From positions 1,856,001 through 1,920,000 of the forward strand of contig CAXXHB010000003.1 in assembly GCA_963664815.2 (NCBI GenBank): 64,000 nucleotides of DNA. The letters are read 5' to 3'. A program made the translations under genes and the position numbers. The notes under the pieces are model-generated. The model saw nothing but the letters and a program-made list of their open reading frames with translations, had not been told where the DNA came from and made no database searches. Position 1 is the first letter of the stretch. Every line of letters starts with the position of its first letter. This document shows positions 9,986 to 18,056 of this stretch, piece after piece. Origin of the DNA: Spirochaetota bacterium. GTDB lineage: Bacteria > Spirochaetota > UBA4802 > UBA5550.

Positions 9986-10095
9986 CAATCACCTGATTGA
10001 GTTTCCGGTTAAAATTTAATAGTTTCTGTGTGTGTGGTTTGACGCTTAATTGTTATTATGTTTAACAGAATATTAAACTCCGGACAGGAATGGGA

Positions 10096-11310
10096 TCATT
10101 GTTTTGCAGATTCCTCTTCTATAACCTCTCCGAGACGCATAATTCCCTCTTCAATATCTGACGGTGATGAGAAGCTGAAATTAAGCCTCATTTCATTTTC
10201 TCCACCCTGACCGGGATAAAATGAATTTCCTGAAACATATGCGACATTGCGTTTAAGCGCTTTTTCATGCATTGTCATGGTGTTGATATTTTCCGGGAAC
10301 TTAAGCCACAGGAATAAACCTCCCCCCGGTGTTTCATATAAAGCCGACGGAATAATTCTGTCTATTGCATCTGTCATAAGATCACGTTTATCTCTGTATA
10401 TCTTTTTAACCCTCTCAATCTGCTCATATATTGATCCGGTGTCTATAAACTCATGAATAACAAATTGCGACATTGTATGGCTGCATGTGTCTTCCCCCTG
10501 TTTGGCTATTGTGCATCGTCGTACGGTTTCCTCCTGAGCGTTCAGCCATCCTGTCCGCATGCCTGGGGAAACTGTCTTGGAGAATGAACCGAGGTAGACA
10601 ATCCGTTTTTCAGTATCTATATTCTTAAACGGTACAACATGTTTGTTATCATATCGTATCATTCCGTAGGGATCATCTTCGACAATCATTAAATCATGTT
10701 TTGATGCAACAGAATAAATAGCTTTCCTGCGGGAGTTATCCACAGTAATTCCTGTGGGATTATGAATTGAAGGAATGGTGTAAATAAATCTCGGTTTTTT
10801 CCCGGCAATGATTAACTCGCATATTTTTTTATCAAGCTCCACAGGGTCCATTCCGCTATTGCCTATGGCGAGCGGATGTATCTCTGCCATAAATGAACGG
10901 AAACAGCTTATCGCACCGACGAAGGTAGGGTTTTCCGTGATAACGGCATCTCCCGGATTGAGAAGTACTTTGCATAAAAGGTAGAGTGCCTGCTGAGAGC
11001 CGCTTGTTACAAGTATATTGTCGGGCGATGCTGAAAGGCCGTAAATATGGTACATCAGATCACATATTGATTCGCGCAGCGGGGTGTATCCTTCAGTGGT
11101 TCCATATTGAAACACCGATGATCCATGCTCTGCTATTGTTCTGTCTATTATATCTTTCAGTTCTTCAAGAGGGAAGGCTTCCGGTCCGGGTAACCCTCCC
11201 GCGAAACTTATCATCTGCGGGTTGCCGGTGAGTTTCATCATATCACGGATTGCGGATGATTTCATATTGAGGGATGAATGGGAATAAACTGGGGTATAAT
11301 GGTCATTCAT
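10096..11310 (-). CDS. PLP-dependent aminotransferase class I/II (LysN/ARO8/AvtA-like, no HTH)
   Basis: SSAIRDMMK, ISFAGGLP, QYGTTEG, TSGSQQAL, HNPTG, EDDPY, GSFSKTVSPGMRTGW (PLP lysine), MRLNFS; GGAGG RBS. Confidence 0.93.
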   Translation of the reverse strand: MNDHYTPVYSHSSLNMKSSAIRDMMKLTGNPQMISFAGGLPGPEAFPLEELKDIIDRTIAEHGSSVFQYGTTEGYTPLRESICDLMYHIYGLSASPDNILVTSGSQQALYLLCKVLLNPGDAVITENPTFVGAISCFRSFMAEIHPLAIGNSGMDPVELDKKICELIIAGKKPRFIYTIPSIHNPTGITVDNSRRKAIYSVASKHDLMIVEDDPYGMIRYDNKHVVPFKNIDTEKRIVYLGSFSKTVSPGMRTGWLNAQEETVRRCTIAKQGEDTCSHTMSQFVIHEFIDTGSIYEQIERVKKIYRDKRDLMTDAIDRIIPSALYETPGGGLFLWLKFPENINTMTMHEKALKRNVAYVSGNSFYPGQGGENEMRLNFSFSSPSDIEEGIMRLGEVIEEESAKQ

Positions 11311-11419
11311 AAAAGGAACCTCCGCGCCGATAACAGGGGGTGTTTTTAATTATAATATTAAATGCTGCTGTTTTAACTGATGCGGCTTTTGAAGATTTGA
11401 TTGCTGCTGACTTTTTCAT
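11303..11419 (-). CDS. Unannotated 38-aa uORF (MKKSAAIKSSKAASVKTAAFNIIIKNTPCYRRGGSFYE) overlapping the aminotransferase start
   Basis: AAGGAG RBS (11426-11431) 6 nt before the ATG; its stop overlaps the next start as ATGAATGA. Confidence 0.5.
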   Translation of the reverse strand: MKKSAAIKSSKAASVKTAAFNIIIKNTPCYRRGGSFYE

Positions 11420-11467
11420 GACAGACTCCTTTATTGTTTTTTATAATGATTCGCAAAAATTTTAACC

Positions 11468-11495
11468 AAAAAAAAGCCCGCTTAATAAGCGGGCT
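11468..11495 (-). terminator. Intrinsic terminator within the aminotransferase 5' leader (attenuator)
   Basis: Minus strand reads AGCCCGCTT-ATT-AAGCGGGCT running into a U8 tract; it lies upstream of, and co-directional with, the aminotransferase. Confidence 0.85.
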
Positions 11496-11520
11496 CTGTT
11501 TCATAAATATTTATATATAT

Positions 11521-11613
11521 TCAGGAATTTACCCGCAGAGGAATACCGCTGTCGATAGCCGCAGCTGCCGCAGTAATAATAATGCTAATGAATATACAAT
11601 CTGATTTTATCAT
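11521..11613 (-). CDS. Putative attenuation leader peptide MIKSDCIFISIIITAAAAAIDSGIPLRVNS
   Basis: 30 codons with a run of 3 Ile and 5 consecutive Ala codons (GCG GCA GCT GCG GCT), ending 25 nt before the terminator hairpin. Confidence 0.75.
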   Translation of the reverse strand: MIKSDCIFISIIITAAAAAIDSGIPLRVNS

Positions 11614-11620
11614 ATTAATA

Positions 11621-11650
11621 ACATTAATAAATATGAGGCATAACTGTCAA
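11621..11650 (-). promoter_or_regulatory. Putative sigma-70 promoter of the leader/aminotransferase transcript
   Basis: TTGACA (11650-11645)-N18-TAATGT (11626-11621), 7 nt before the leader ATG. Confidence 0.55.
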
Positions 11651-11879
11651 TATATAAAGTTCATATAAATAAAAAATTGATTTGAACAGGCAAATTTTAA
11701 TTCTGCTTAGACCTGATATTTTATGACAAAGTTCCTGATTTCTATATTTTTTTCCTGTTTCTATGTATTTTATTTGAAAATTTTTAACTCAAGGGTTAAA
11801 TTAACTAATAAAGTGCTTGATTTTAAAAAACCGGATTAACAAAAATGTTACAACAAAAACCTGGTATTTAATAATTTTT

Positions 11880-11900
11880 ACCACAAATTCACCACAAATT
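11880..11900. repeat. 10-bp direct repeat with 11-bp period, possible regulator site
   Basis: ACCACAAATT-C-ACCACAAATT, 26 nt upstream of the TlpA-like start. Confidence 0.45.
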
Positions 11901-11926
11901 TTTAAAATTCTGGCGGTTTAAATCAT

Positions 11927-12436
11927 ATGAAGCTACTTCGTTTTTTATTTATAATCATAACAGGTTTCTTATTTCTGACGATCAATACCCCGGTGAACGG
12001 AGAGGTTTTAAAAGGAACAGTGGCTCCGGTTTTTAATCTCAGAACGCCGAGAGGGGAGCTTGTGAAACCATTCCAGAGCCAGAAGCCTATGATAATAAGT
12101 TTCTTTTTTACAGATTGTCCGAATTGTAAAATTGAGCTGAAGGCCCTTGAACAGTTTTATCTGAATAATGGTGACAAGGTTGCGGTTTTCATTGTAGGTA
12201 CTTCATTTAAAAAGGATGTTGATGTAGCTGAAGATGTAGATGCCTTTATCAGGGATCTCGGAATAAACATTACTCCTCTTGTAGATAAATATAAAGATGT
12301 GATCAGAACTTATGGTGTTTCAAAATATCCGTCGCTTTTTTTTCTTAACAGTAAGGGGGAGGTTGTTTTTAAATCTGAAGTTTACAGCGAAAAAACAATC
12401 TCTGAGCTTGAAAAACAGTTAAAAACAGTAAAATAA
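11927..12436 (+). CDS. TlpA/ResA-like exported thiol-disulfide oxidoreductase
   Basis: Signal/anchor helix, APVFNL, FFFTDCPNCKIE (CxxC), YGVSKYPSLFFLNSKGEV (cis-Pro loop). Confidence 0.88.
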   Translation: MKLLRFLFIIITGFLFLTINTPVNGEVLKGTVAPVFNLRTPRGELVKPFQSQKPMIISFFFTDCPNCKIELKALEQFYLNNGDKVAVFIVGTSFKKDVDVAEDVDAFIRDLGINITPLVDKYKDVIRTYGVSKYPSLFFLNSKGEVVFKSEVYSEKTISELEKQLKTVK

Positions 12437-12450
12437 CACGAGGACTTTCC

Positions 12451-13728
12451 ATGATTAAGAAGATATCCATAGTATTGTTGTCAGTAATGACAGTGTTCTG
12501 CAGTGTTTCGTATGCTGCAAAAGTGCAAAAAAAGAATATTTTTATTAAACCCTTCACTGTGGACGGTAAGGGCGTATCCATGGATTTCACAGATTATATG
12601 TCTGAAGTAATTGTTGAGTATGAAGAGTATAATCTTATTTCAGAAGAGGATGTAAGCGCCCAGAAATCGGCTATTGAAGGTAAAATGGCATCCTCCTCTT
12701 CAGATGTTGATAATGACGCATCAATGAAAGCATTAATGGAGGCTGTCGATTCTGATAGTATAATCTTCGGTACCATAGACAAAAATGATGACGGGTCTCT
12801 GACTGTAATGGGGCGTATTCTTGACCGTAAAACCGGAATCGGCAAAGGGAAAACAATAAAGGTAAAAAGGGCCAGGTATCTGGATATAGCAGCGAGGGCG
12901 CTGGCACACTATCTTATAACAAAAAAAGATTCATATCTTGATGAACTTAAGGAAGATATGGAAGATAAAGAAAAGGGCGTCGCCAAGGCTGAAAAGAAAC
13001 GTAGAAACACGCTGCTCGGAATCGAATCAGATTTTGAAGGTCAGAATGAAACGGTTGCAAAATCACCTTTTATCAGGGTCGGGTACAGCGGTATCGGCGG
13101 CAGTTCATATATTAATGATAAGAAGGTAAATGAATACTATCCGAAAGCCCAGGTGCTTTCTGCTGATCTCTTTGTATACAGGTCAAGGGATATTGTAGGT
13201 GATGGCGTTGATATATATTCAAAATTCATGTACAAGAAGTTTTCATCTGATGATGCGTCAGTCGAAAAGTTTAAGACTGATATGACTGCGCTTAACCTGA
13301 CGACCAATAATGAGAAACTGGCCGGCCAATATCTGATACCTTCCGGCAATACGCTGAAAGAACTTGAAATGATACAGAAGAGCATTGATATCGGCTTCAG
13401 ATTTGTAGGGACATCATATTTTTTAAACGAAGCATGGTCTTTATATATGATGTTCGGTGGAAGGTATATGCAGGTTACTGAAACATACAAAACAACGAAT
13501 TCCATGTTGTTACCGGAAGATTTTAAGAAAAATTTTACCGGCATAGGGGGAGTAGCCGGTTTAGGGTTAGAGGTGACTATAAACAGGTATATGGGGTTAT
13601 TTGCCGAGGTTAATGCCGGTTATGTTCCTATCGGAGACAATAAATTAAATTATGACGGATATCAGCTGATTGTAGGGGCAACACTCAGAAACAGTCACAC
13701 TGAATATCCATTCCTTGGTATTCTGTAA
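12451..13728 (+). CDS. Exported protein: CsgG/TolB-N-like domain, charged linker, C-terminal outer-membrane beta-barrel (paralog A)
   Basis: Signal peptide (SYA-A); DSIIFGTIDK...VMGRILDRKTG; amphipathic C-terminal strands GGVAGLGLEV, GLFAEVNAGY, YQLIVGATLR. Confidence 0.6.
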   Translation: MIKKISIVLLSVMTVFCSVSYAAKVQKKNIFIKPFTVDGKGVSMDFTDYMSEVIVEYEEYNLISEEDVSAQKSAIEGKMASSSSDVDNDASMKALMEAVDSDSIIFGTIDKNDDGSLTVMGRILDRKTGIGKGKTIKVKRARYLDIAARALAHYLITKKDSYLDELKEDMEDKEKGVAKAEKKRRNTLLGIESDFEGQNETVAKSPFIRVGYSGIGGSSYINDKKVNEYYPKAQVLSADLFVYRSRDIVGDGVDIYSKFMYKKFSSDDASVEKFKTDMTALNLTTNNEKLAGQYLIPSGNTLKELEMIQKSIDIGFRFVGTSYFLNEAWSLYMMFGGRYMQVTETYKTTNSMLLPEDFKKNFTGIGGVAGLGLEVTINRYMGLFAEVNAGYVPIGDNKLNYDGYQLIVGATLRNSHTEYPFLGIL

Positions 13729-13762
13729 AAATCGAAATGATTATTAAACGGGGACTTGCATT

Positions 13763-15013
13763 ATGAAAAAAATATTTTATATACTGACAGCGACAATTGT
13801 GATAATGGCAAATATACCTGCATTAACTGCTGCAGAGAAGAGTATAATCTATGTAAAGAATTTTACTATAGATACCGCCAGCGGATTAAAGGAAAATGAT
13901 CCTGTAAAAAATGAAGTAAAGAACATTATACAGGATGAGTTTGAAAAGGATGGAAGATTTTCTGTAACGGCGGATCAGGATATATCTGCCATGCTTCAGC
14001 AGGAGGCTAAAAGTCAGAGTTTTGGAAAGTGCTCTTCTGAAAGCTGTATTCAGGAACTTATGGAAAAGATTAAAGCGCAGGTTATTGTTTTCGGAAGGAT
14101 AAGAAAGGGTGATGACGGCTATACTTATATTACTGCCCGTTATATGGACAGCACCTCAGGCATACCGAAAGTTACAAAAATCAGGACAATTAAATATAAA
14201 CACAGTGATGATGTTGAAAAGGGCTCAAAAGCGCTGGCGCGCTATCTCATCACAGGCAAGGATGACAAGGTTATAGCTTTTATGGATGAAGTATATAACA
14301 GGGAAGAGGATGAATCCAAATCAAAAAACATCGAGGAAGAGAAACAGCTCGCGAAAAAGAAGGAAGCAGAGTATAATGCGAAGGTGGAAAAGGCCGCAAA
14401 AGAGAGAAAAAATGCCTTAATGTCCCGCTCTCCGCGCTTAAGGGCCGGTTACGGTTTTTTTATGTCAACAGGCAACAAAGATGTGGATGATGTTTTCAAG
14501 GAACAGTCCGGCTATTTTCTGGATATCATGTTTGCAAGAGGCCCTATAAACGAACGTTTTAACCGCGACTGTTATTTCAGGTTTATATACAAAAAATACG
14601 GCATGAACGATGATTCCATTAAATCAAAACCTGTATTGGGAAAAGATGCAATAAATGACAGTACCGGAAAATTTTATGGAATGGACTTCGGCTTCAGGCT
14701 GAAAATAAACAGGTATTTTATGCTCACCGCCTTTGATCCATACGCCCTTGCAGGTATCAGAACCGGGTGGTATACTGAAAAGGCAAAAGACAAATATGAT
14801 AATTCAGATTTAAAGGTTACACTTGGAGGATACGGCGGTTACGTTGGCGGTGGAATGGAGTTTGCTTTCTTTGAAAACCTCGGGTTCTTCGGAGAGTATA
14901 ACCGGGGAATATTCAAGATCGGAAAAGATAAAACAAATATTGAAGGTAACCAGTTCTACGGCGGTGTAACACTGAGAACAGAGATAGAAGAAAGAAGTTC
15001 TTCAAGGTACTAA
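13763..15013 (+). CDS. Exported protein: CsgG/TolB-N-like domain, coiled coil, C-terminal outer-membrane beta-barrel (paralog B)
   Basis: Collinear with the upstream gene: IVFGRIRK vs IIFGTIDK, ALARYLITGKD vs ALAHYLITKKD, SPRLRAGY vs SPFIRVGY, DFGFR vs DIGFR, GGVTLR vs VGATLR. Carries a CSSESC pair. Confidence 0.6.
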   Translation: MKKIFYILTATIVIMANIPALTAAEKSIIYVKNFTIDTASGLKENDPVKNEVKNIIQDEFEKDGRFSVTADQDISAMLQQEAKSQSFGKCSSESCIQELMEKIKAQVIVFGRIRKGDDGYTYITARYMDSTSGIPKVTKIRTIKYKHSDDVEKGSKALARYLITGKDDKVIAFMDEVYNREEDESKSKNIEEEKQLAKKKEAEYNAKVEKAAKERKNALMSRSPRLRAGYGFFMSTGNKDVDDVFKEQSGYFLDIMFARGPINERFNRDCYFRFIYKKYGMNDDSIKSKPVLGKDAINDSTGKFYGMDFGFRLKINRYFMLTAFDPYALAGIRTGWYTEKAKDKYDNSDLKVTLGGYGGYVGGGMEFAFFENLGFFGEYNRGIFKIGKDKTNIEGNQFYGGVTLRTEIEERSSSRY

Positions 15014-15037
15014 CGGGAAAGGATACAGAGGTTTAAT

Positions 15038-15463
15038 ATGAAAAAAATATCGATATTAATAACGGCAATAATGGCATTACTTGTTTTATCATGCGGGGAT
15101 GGAGACATGCTTGACCCTGCAAAAGGTATAGATTCACTGGGAGATACAACACTTCTTTATGGAACAGTTAAAACAAGCTCCTATTCTCCAACACCAACAT
15201 ATGTTTTGGTTTATAAAACTAACAGTAATTCTTATATACTGGCGAAAATACCGATAGTTAACGGAGAATATGCAGCAAGAGTGAATTTATCAAGTATAAC
15301 TAACTATTGCTATTTACACCTTGCTTCTGGTACCACTATTGCCAATGAAGTGAGTACTACAACATATCCCAGTTCCAAGAAACAATTTTATTCCAATGGG
15401 TCAGTTGACTACGACAGCGATAGACAGAGTGAGTTTGATACTATGTATGAATGGAATTTTTAG
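15038..15463 (+). CDS. Hypothetical lipoprotein
   Basis: MKK + hydrophobic core + LVLS-C lipobox; GAGG RBS. Confidence 0.75.
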   Translation: MKKISILITAIMALLVLSCGDGDMLDPAKGIDSLGDTTLLYGTVKTSSYSPTPTYVLVYKTNSNSYILAKIPIVNGEYAARVNLSSITNYCYLHLASGTTIANEVSTTTYPSSKKQFYSNGSVDYDSDRQSEFDTMYEWNF

Positions 15464-15503
15464 TTAAACTGAAACATTAAATAATACTTATATTTTAAGA
15501 TTA

Positions 15504-15540
15504 TAAAAAAACCGGTTCAATAAAATGGACCGGTTTTTTA
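15504..15540. terminator. Bidirectional intrinsic terminator
   Basis: AAAAAAACCGGTTCA-ataaaa-TGGACCGGTTTTTT between convergent genes. Confidence 0.8.
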
Positions 15541-15560
15541 ATTTACGAAATATTTAGGCC

Positions 15561-15668
15561 CTGTCATTTCGAACATATGTGAGTGCTTCGGCTCCGCTCA
15601 GCAACCGTTTATAACGGTCAGTGAGCCAGTCGAACTGCTCAATCGCTATTGCTTCTTCGAAATGACAG
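15561..15668. repeat. REP/MITE-like nested palindromic element
   Basis: Perfect 13-bp terminal inverted repeats CTGTCATTTCGAA/TTCGAAATGACAG enclose an imperfect TTCGGCTCCGCTCA/TGAGCCAGTCGAA pair and a central ACCGTT-tat-AACGGT hairpin. Confidence 0.75.
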
Positions 15669-15745
15669 ACTATGTTCTATTTCAATCGTAAAATGCTATA
15701 GATCATGGACATGTCAAATACTGATTTGTTTCGAAAGGCAGGTCA

Positions 15746-16297
15746 TTATACAATTTTTATATTATACTTCATCAGAAGATTTGCCGCTTCAGGAAGAGAA
15801 AATTTTGCCCCTTTGACTTTATTTATATTCAGATCGATAAAGTAGTTTTCAGCTGTTGAAAAATCGGCGTTTTCAATATCGGATCTCTCAAAAAGCGCAT
15901 CGGCAAGGTCGCATTCAATAAACTGTGCCGATTTCAGGTTTGATTCAATGAAGCACGCCTCTTTAAGTGAACATTTATTGAAAACTGAATTTTTTAAATT
16001 GTTTTTTTCAAACACGGCATAATCAAGCATGCAGCGGTCAAAATTCACGGCAAAAAGAAAATGATTAACCCTGCTGAAGTTTACACCGGTAAGCCTGGAT
16101 TCCTCAAAGGTGACATTGTCAAAAATATAGTTGTCAATGTTCATTGATGAAAGATCAATATTGAATAATACGCATTCGTGAAATTCATATATAGAATCGG
16201 CGGTATCAGGGAAAATGCACCCCTCAAACCGGCATTTATAGAACTCAGTTTCTCCGGGGGCCGGAGTCGTTAATTTGTATGTCTTTTCTGTTTTCAT
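15746..16297 (-). CDS. Pentapeptide repeat protein
   Basis: Five-residue periodicity: VTFEE SRLTG VNFSR...AVFEK NNLKN SVFNK CSLKE ACFIE SNLKS AQFIE CDLAD. Confidence 0.92.
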   Translation of the reverse strand: MKTEKTYKLTTPAPGETEFYKCRFEGCIFPDTADSIYEFHECVLFNIDLSSMNIDNYIFDNVTFEESRLTGVNFSRVNHFLFAVNFDRCMLDYAVFEKNNLKNSVFNKCSLKEACFIESNLKSAQFIECDLADALFERSDIENADFSTAENYFIDLNINKVKGAKFSLPEAANLLMKYNIKIV

Positions 16298-16406
16298 TCG
16301 TTACAGTAACTTTTTTCTGAACAGTACTCAGGAGTTTATTAAAATTGTTAATTTTCATGCCCGGCTGATATAGTTCCGGATATGCAATCTGTTATTATAT
16401 ATGTTG

Positions 16407-17711
16407 TTACTTGTTATCCTTTTTCAGTTTTTTATATTTGTATACCTTCATGCCAGGTTTTATCTCATCCCTGCTGCCTGATGATACTTCACATTTTGTT
16501 GTTGTCATCATAGGGAAGGTTGCACGGAGTATTATAATATTATCGCCGGAATAAATGCAAAGTTTGTCACCCATCATCACTTTGCTTGCTATATCTTTAC
16601 CTGCAACTATCAGTTCGTTTTTCGAAACAGATTTCAGTTCACCGACACACTGGCCTGCCAGTTCAAGTGATTGGCTCTGTTTTTCAACTACGATGGGATT
16701 TTTTATATAACCCCATTTATCATCTTTTTTTACCCTTGCCATCCCTTCAGAAAAGAAACCGGCTTCATCAAAGTATGGTTCAATAACATATTTTCCATTA
16801 TTATCGATAAATCCGGCTTTACCGTTGGTTTTTACGCTGGCCAGGCCTTCAAGAAAGTTACCCGCCGAATCATATTGAGGTTGTATTACAACTTTTCCTT
16901 TTTTATCTATATAACCGTATAATCCGTCTTTTTTAATCTTTGCAAGACCTTCTGAAAAATTATCAACATCTTCAAACTGTGGATCAACAGAAAACATTCC
17001 ATTTTTGCCGATGAAACCCCATTTGCCGTTTTTCTTAACTTTTGCCATCCCTTCCGAAAAAGACCCTGATTCATCGAATTGTGGTTCTTTTATAATCTTA
17101 CCCTTTTTATCAATGTAACCGTATTTATCTTTATTCTTAACTTTTGCCATCCCTTCTGAAAAATCGAATGCATCATCAAAATCCGGCTTTATTACAATGG
17201 TTCCCGTTTTATCTATATATCCGTAAATTCCATCCTTTTTGATATAAGCAAGATTTTCTGAAAAACTCCCGACGTTACTGAATTGTGGTTCTATAATAAA
17301 TTTGCCGGTTGTATCTATATAACCCCATTTACCATTCTTTTGAGCATAAGCCAGCCCCTCTGAAAAATCAAATGCTCCATCAAACTGAGGCTTTATTGCA
17401 ACATCACCTTTAACATTTATATAGCCATATTCTCCGTTTTTCTCATAATTGGCCAGTCCCTCAGAAAAAAAACGTGCATAGTCATATTGTGGTTTAATTG
17501 CAAGTTTTCCATCTTTATCAATATATCCAAACTTTTCATCTTTGAAAATAAGCGCCATACCGTCGGAGAAATCTCTTTCATCATCAAACTGGGGTTCAAC
17601 AAGCCAGATGACATTACTGTTTGCTTCAGTCTGGGCATTGCCGTTGATGATTGATGTTGTAACGGCACAAATAGTGATTACTGTCGCAATGAATATTTTT
17701 ATTTTTAACAT
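16407..17711 (-). CDS. Exported WG-repeat (KWG-type) protein with a small C-terminal beta domain
   Basis: Signal peptide; about nine tandem F..A..FSEG(L/M)A.V...GK(W/Y)G(Y/F)ID..G repeats. Confidence 0.92.
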   Translation of the reverse strand: MLKIKIFIATVITICAVTTSIINGNAQTEANSNVIWLVEPQFDDERDFSDGMALIFKDEKFGYIDKDGKLAIKPQYDYARFFSEGLANYEKNGEYGYINVKGDVAIKPQFDGAFDFSEGLAYAQKNGKWGYIDTTGKFIIEPQFSNVGSFSENLAYIKKDGIYGYIDKTGTIVIKPDFDDAFDFSEGMAKVKNKDKYGYIDKKGKIIKEPQFDESGSFSEGMAKVKKNGKWGFIGKNGMFSVDPQFEDVDNFSEGLAKIKKDGLYGYIDKKGKVVIQPQYDSAGNFLEGLASVKTNGKAGFIDNNGKYVIEPYFDEAGFFSEGMARVKKDDKWGYIKNPIVVEKQSQSLELAGQCVGELKSVSKNELIVAGKDIASKVMMGDKLCIYSGDNIIILRATFPMMTTTKCEVSSGSRDEIKPGMKVYKYKKLKKDNK

Positions 17712-17995
17712 GTGGTCCTCATTTTTTTCTTTAAGTGAAATATATATTTATCAGAAATTAAAAAAATAGCAGAGATATTTTTTTTCAAGAATTTTTAGTA
17801 ATTAACAACATGAATTCTTTAAAATTTAAATATTAAGAATGAAATATTAAAATATATCTTTTTTATTTTCATAACAGAGAAAAGATGAACATTTTATATC
17901 AACATAAATTAATCTTTGATTATTTATTTCCTTTTAAAATTTAAATAACCTGATTTGTTAAATGATAGTGATTATTGATTTCTGTTAAATAGCGT

Positions 17996-18024
17996 TTGAC
18001 AAAAAATAACACCTGTTACATAAC
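17996..18024 (+). promoter_or_regulatory. Sigma-70 promoter with a palindromic TetR-type operator in the spacer
   Basis: TTGACA (17996-18001), 17-nt spacer containing TAACA-CC-TGTTA (18007-18018), then a weak -10 (CATAAC), upstream of the TetR gene. Confidence 0.6.
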
Positions 18025-18056
18025 ATGATAAATAAACCTTTTCAGCGGAGTAAAAA

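Noticed and set aside
15746-16297. Pentapeptide repeat protein as a Qnr quinolone-resistance gene
   Set aside because: The repeat fold is widespread; no Qnr-specific loops can be confirmed by eye and there is no mobile context.
16407-17711. Regularly spaced DNA repeats as a possible CRISPR array or DGR repeat
   Set aside because: They are in-frame copies of the WG protein repeat; there are no unique spacers and no cas or reverse transcriptase gene in the window.
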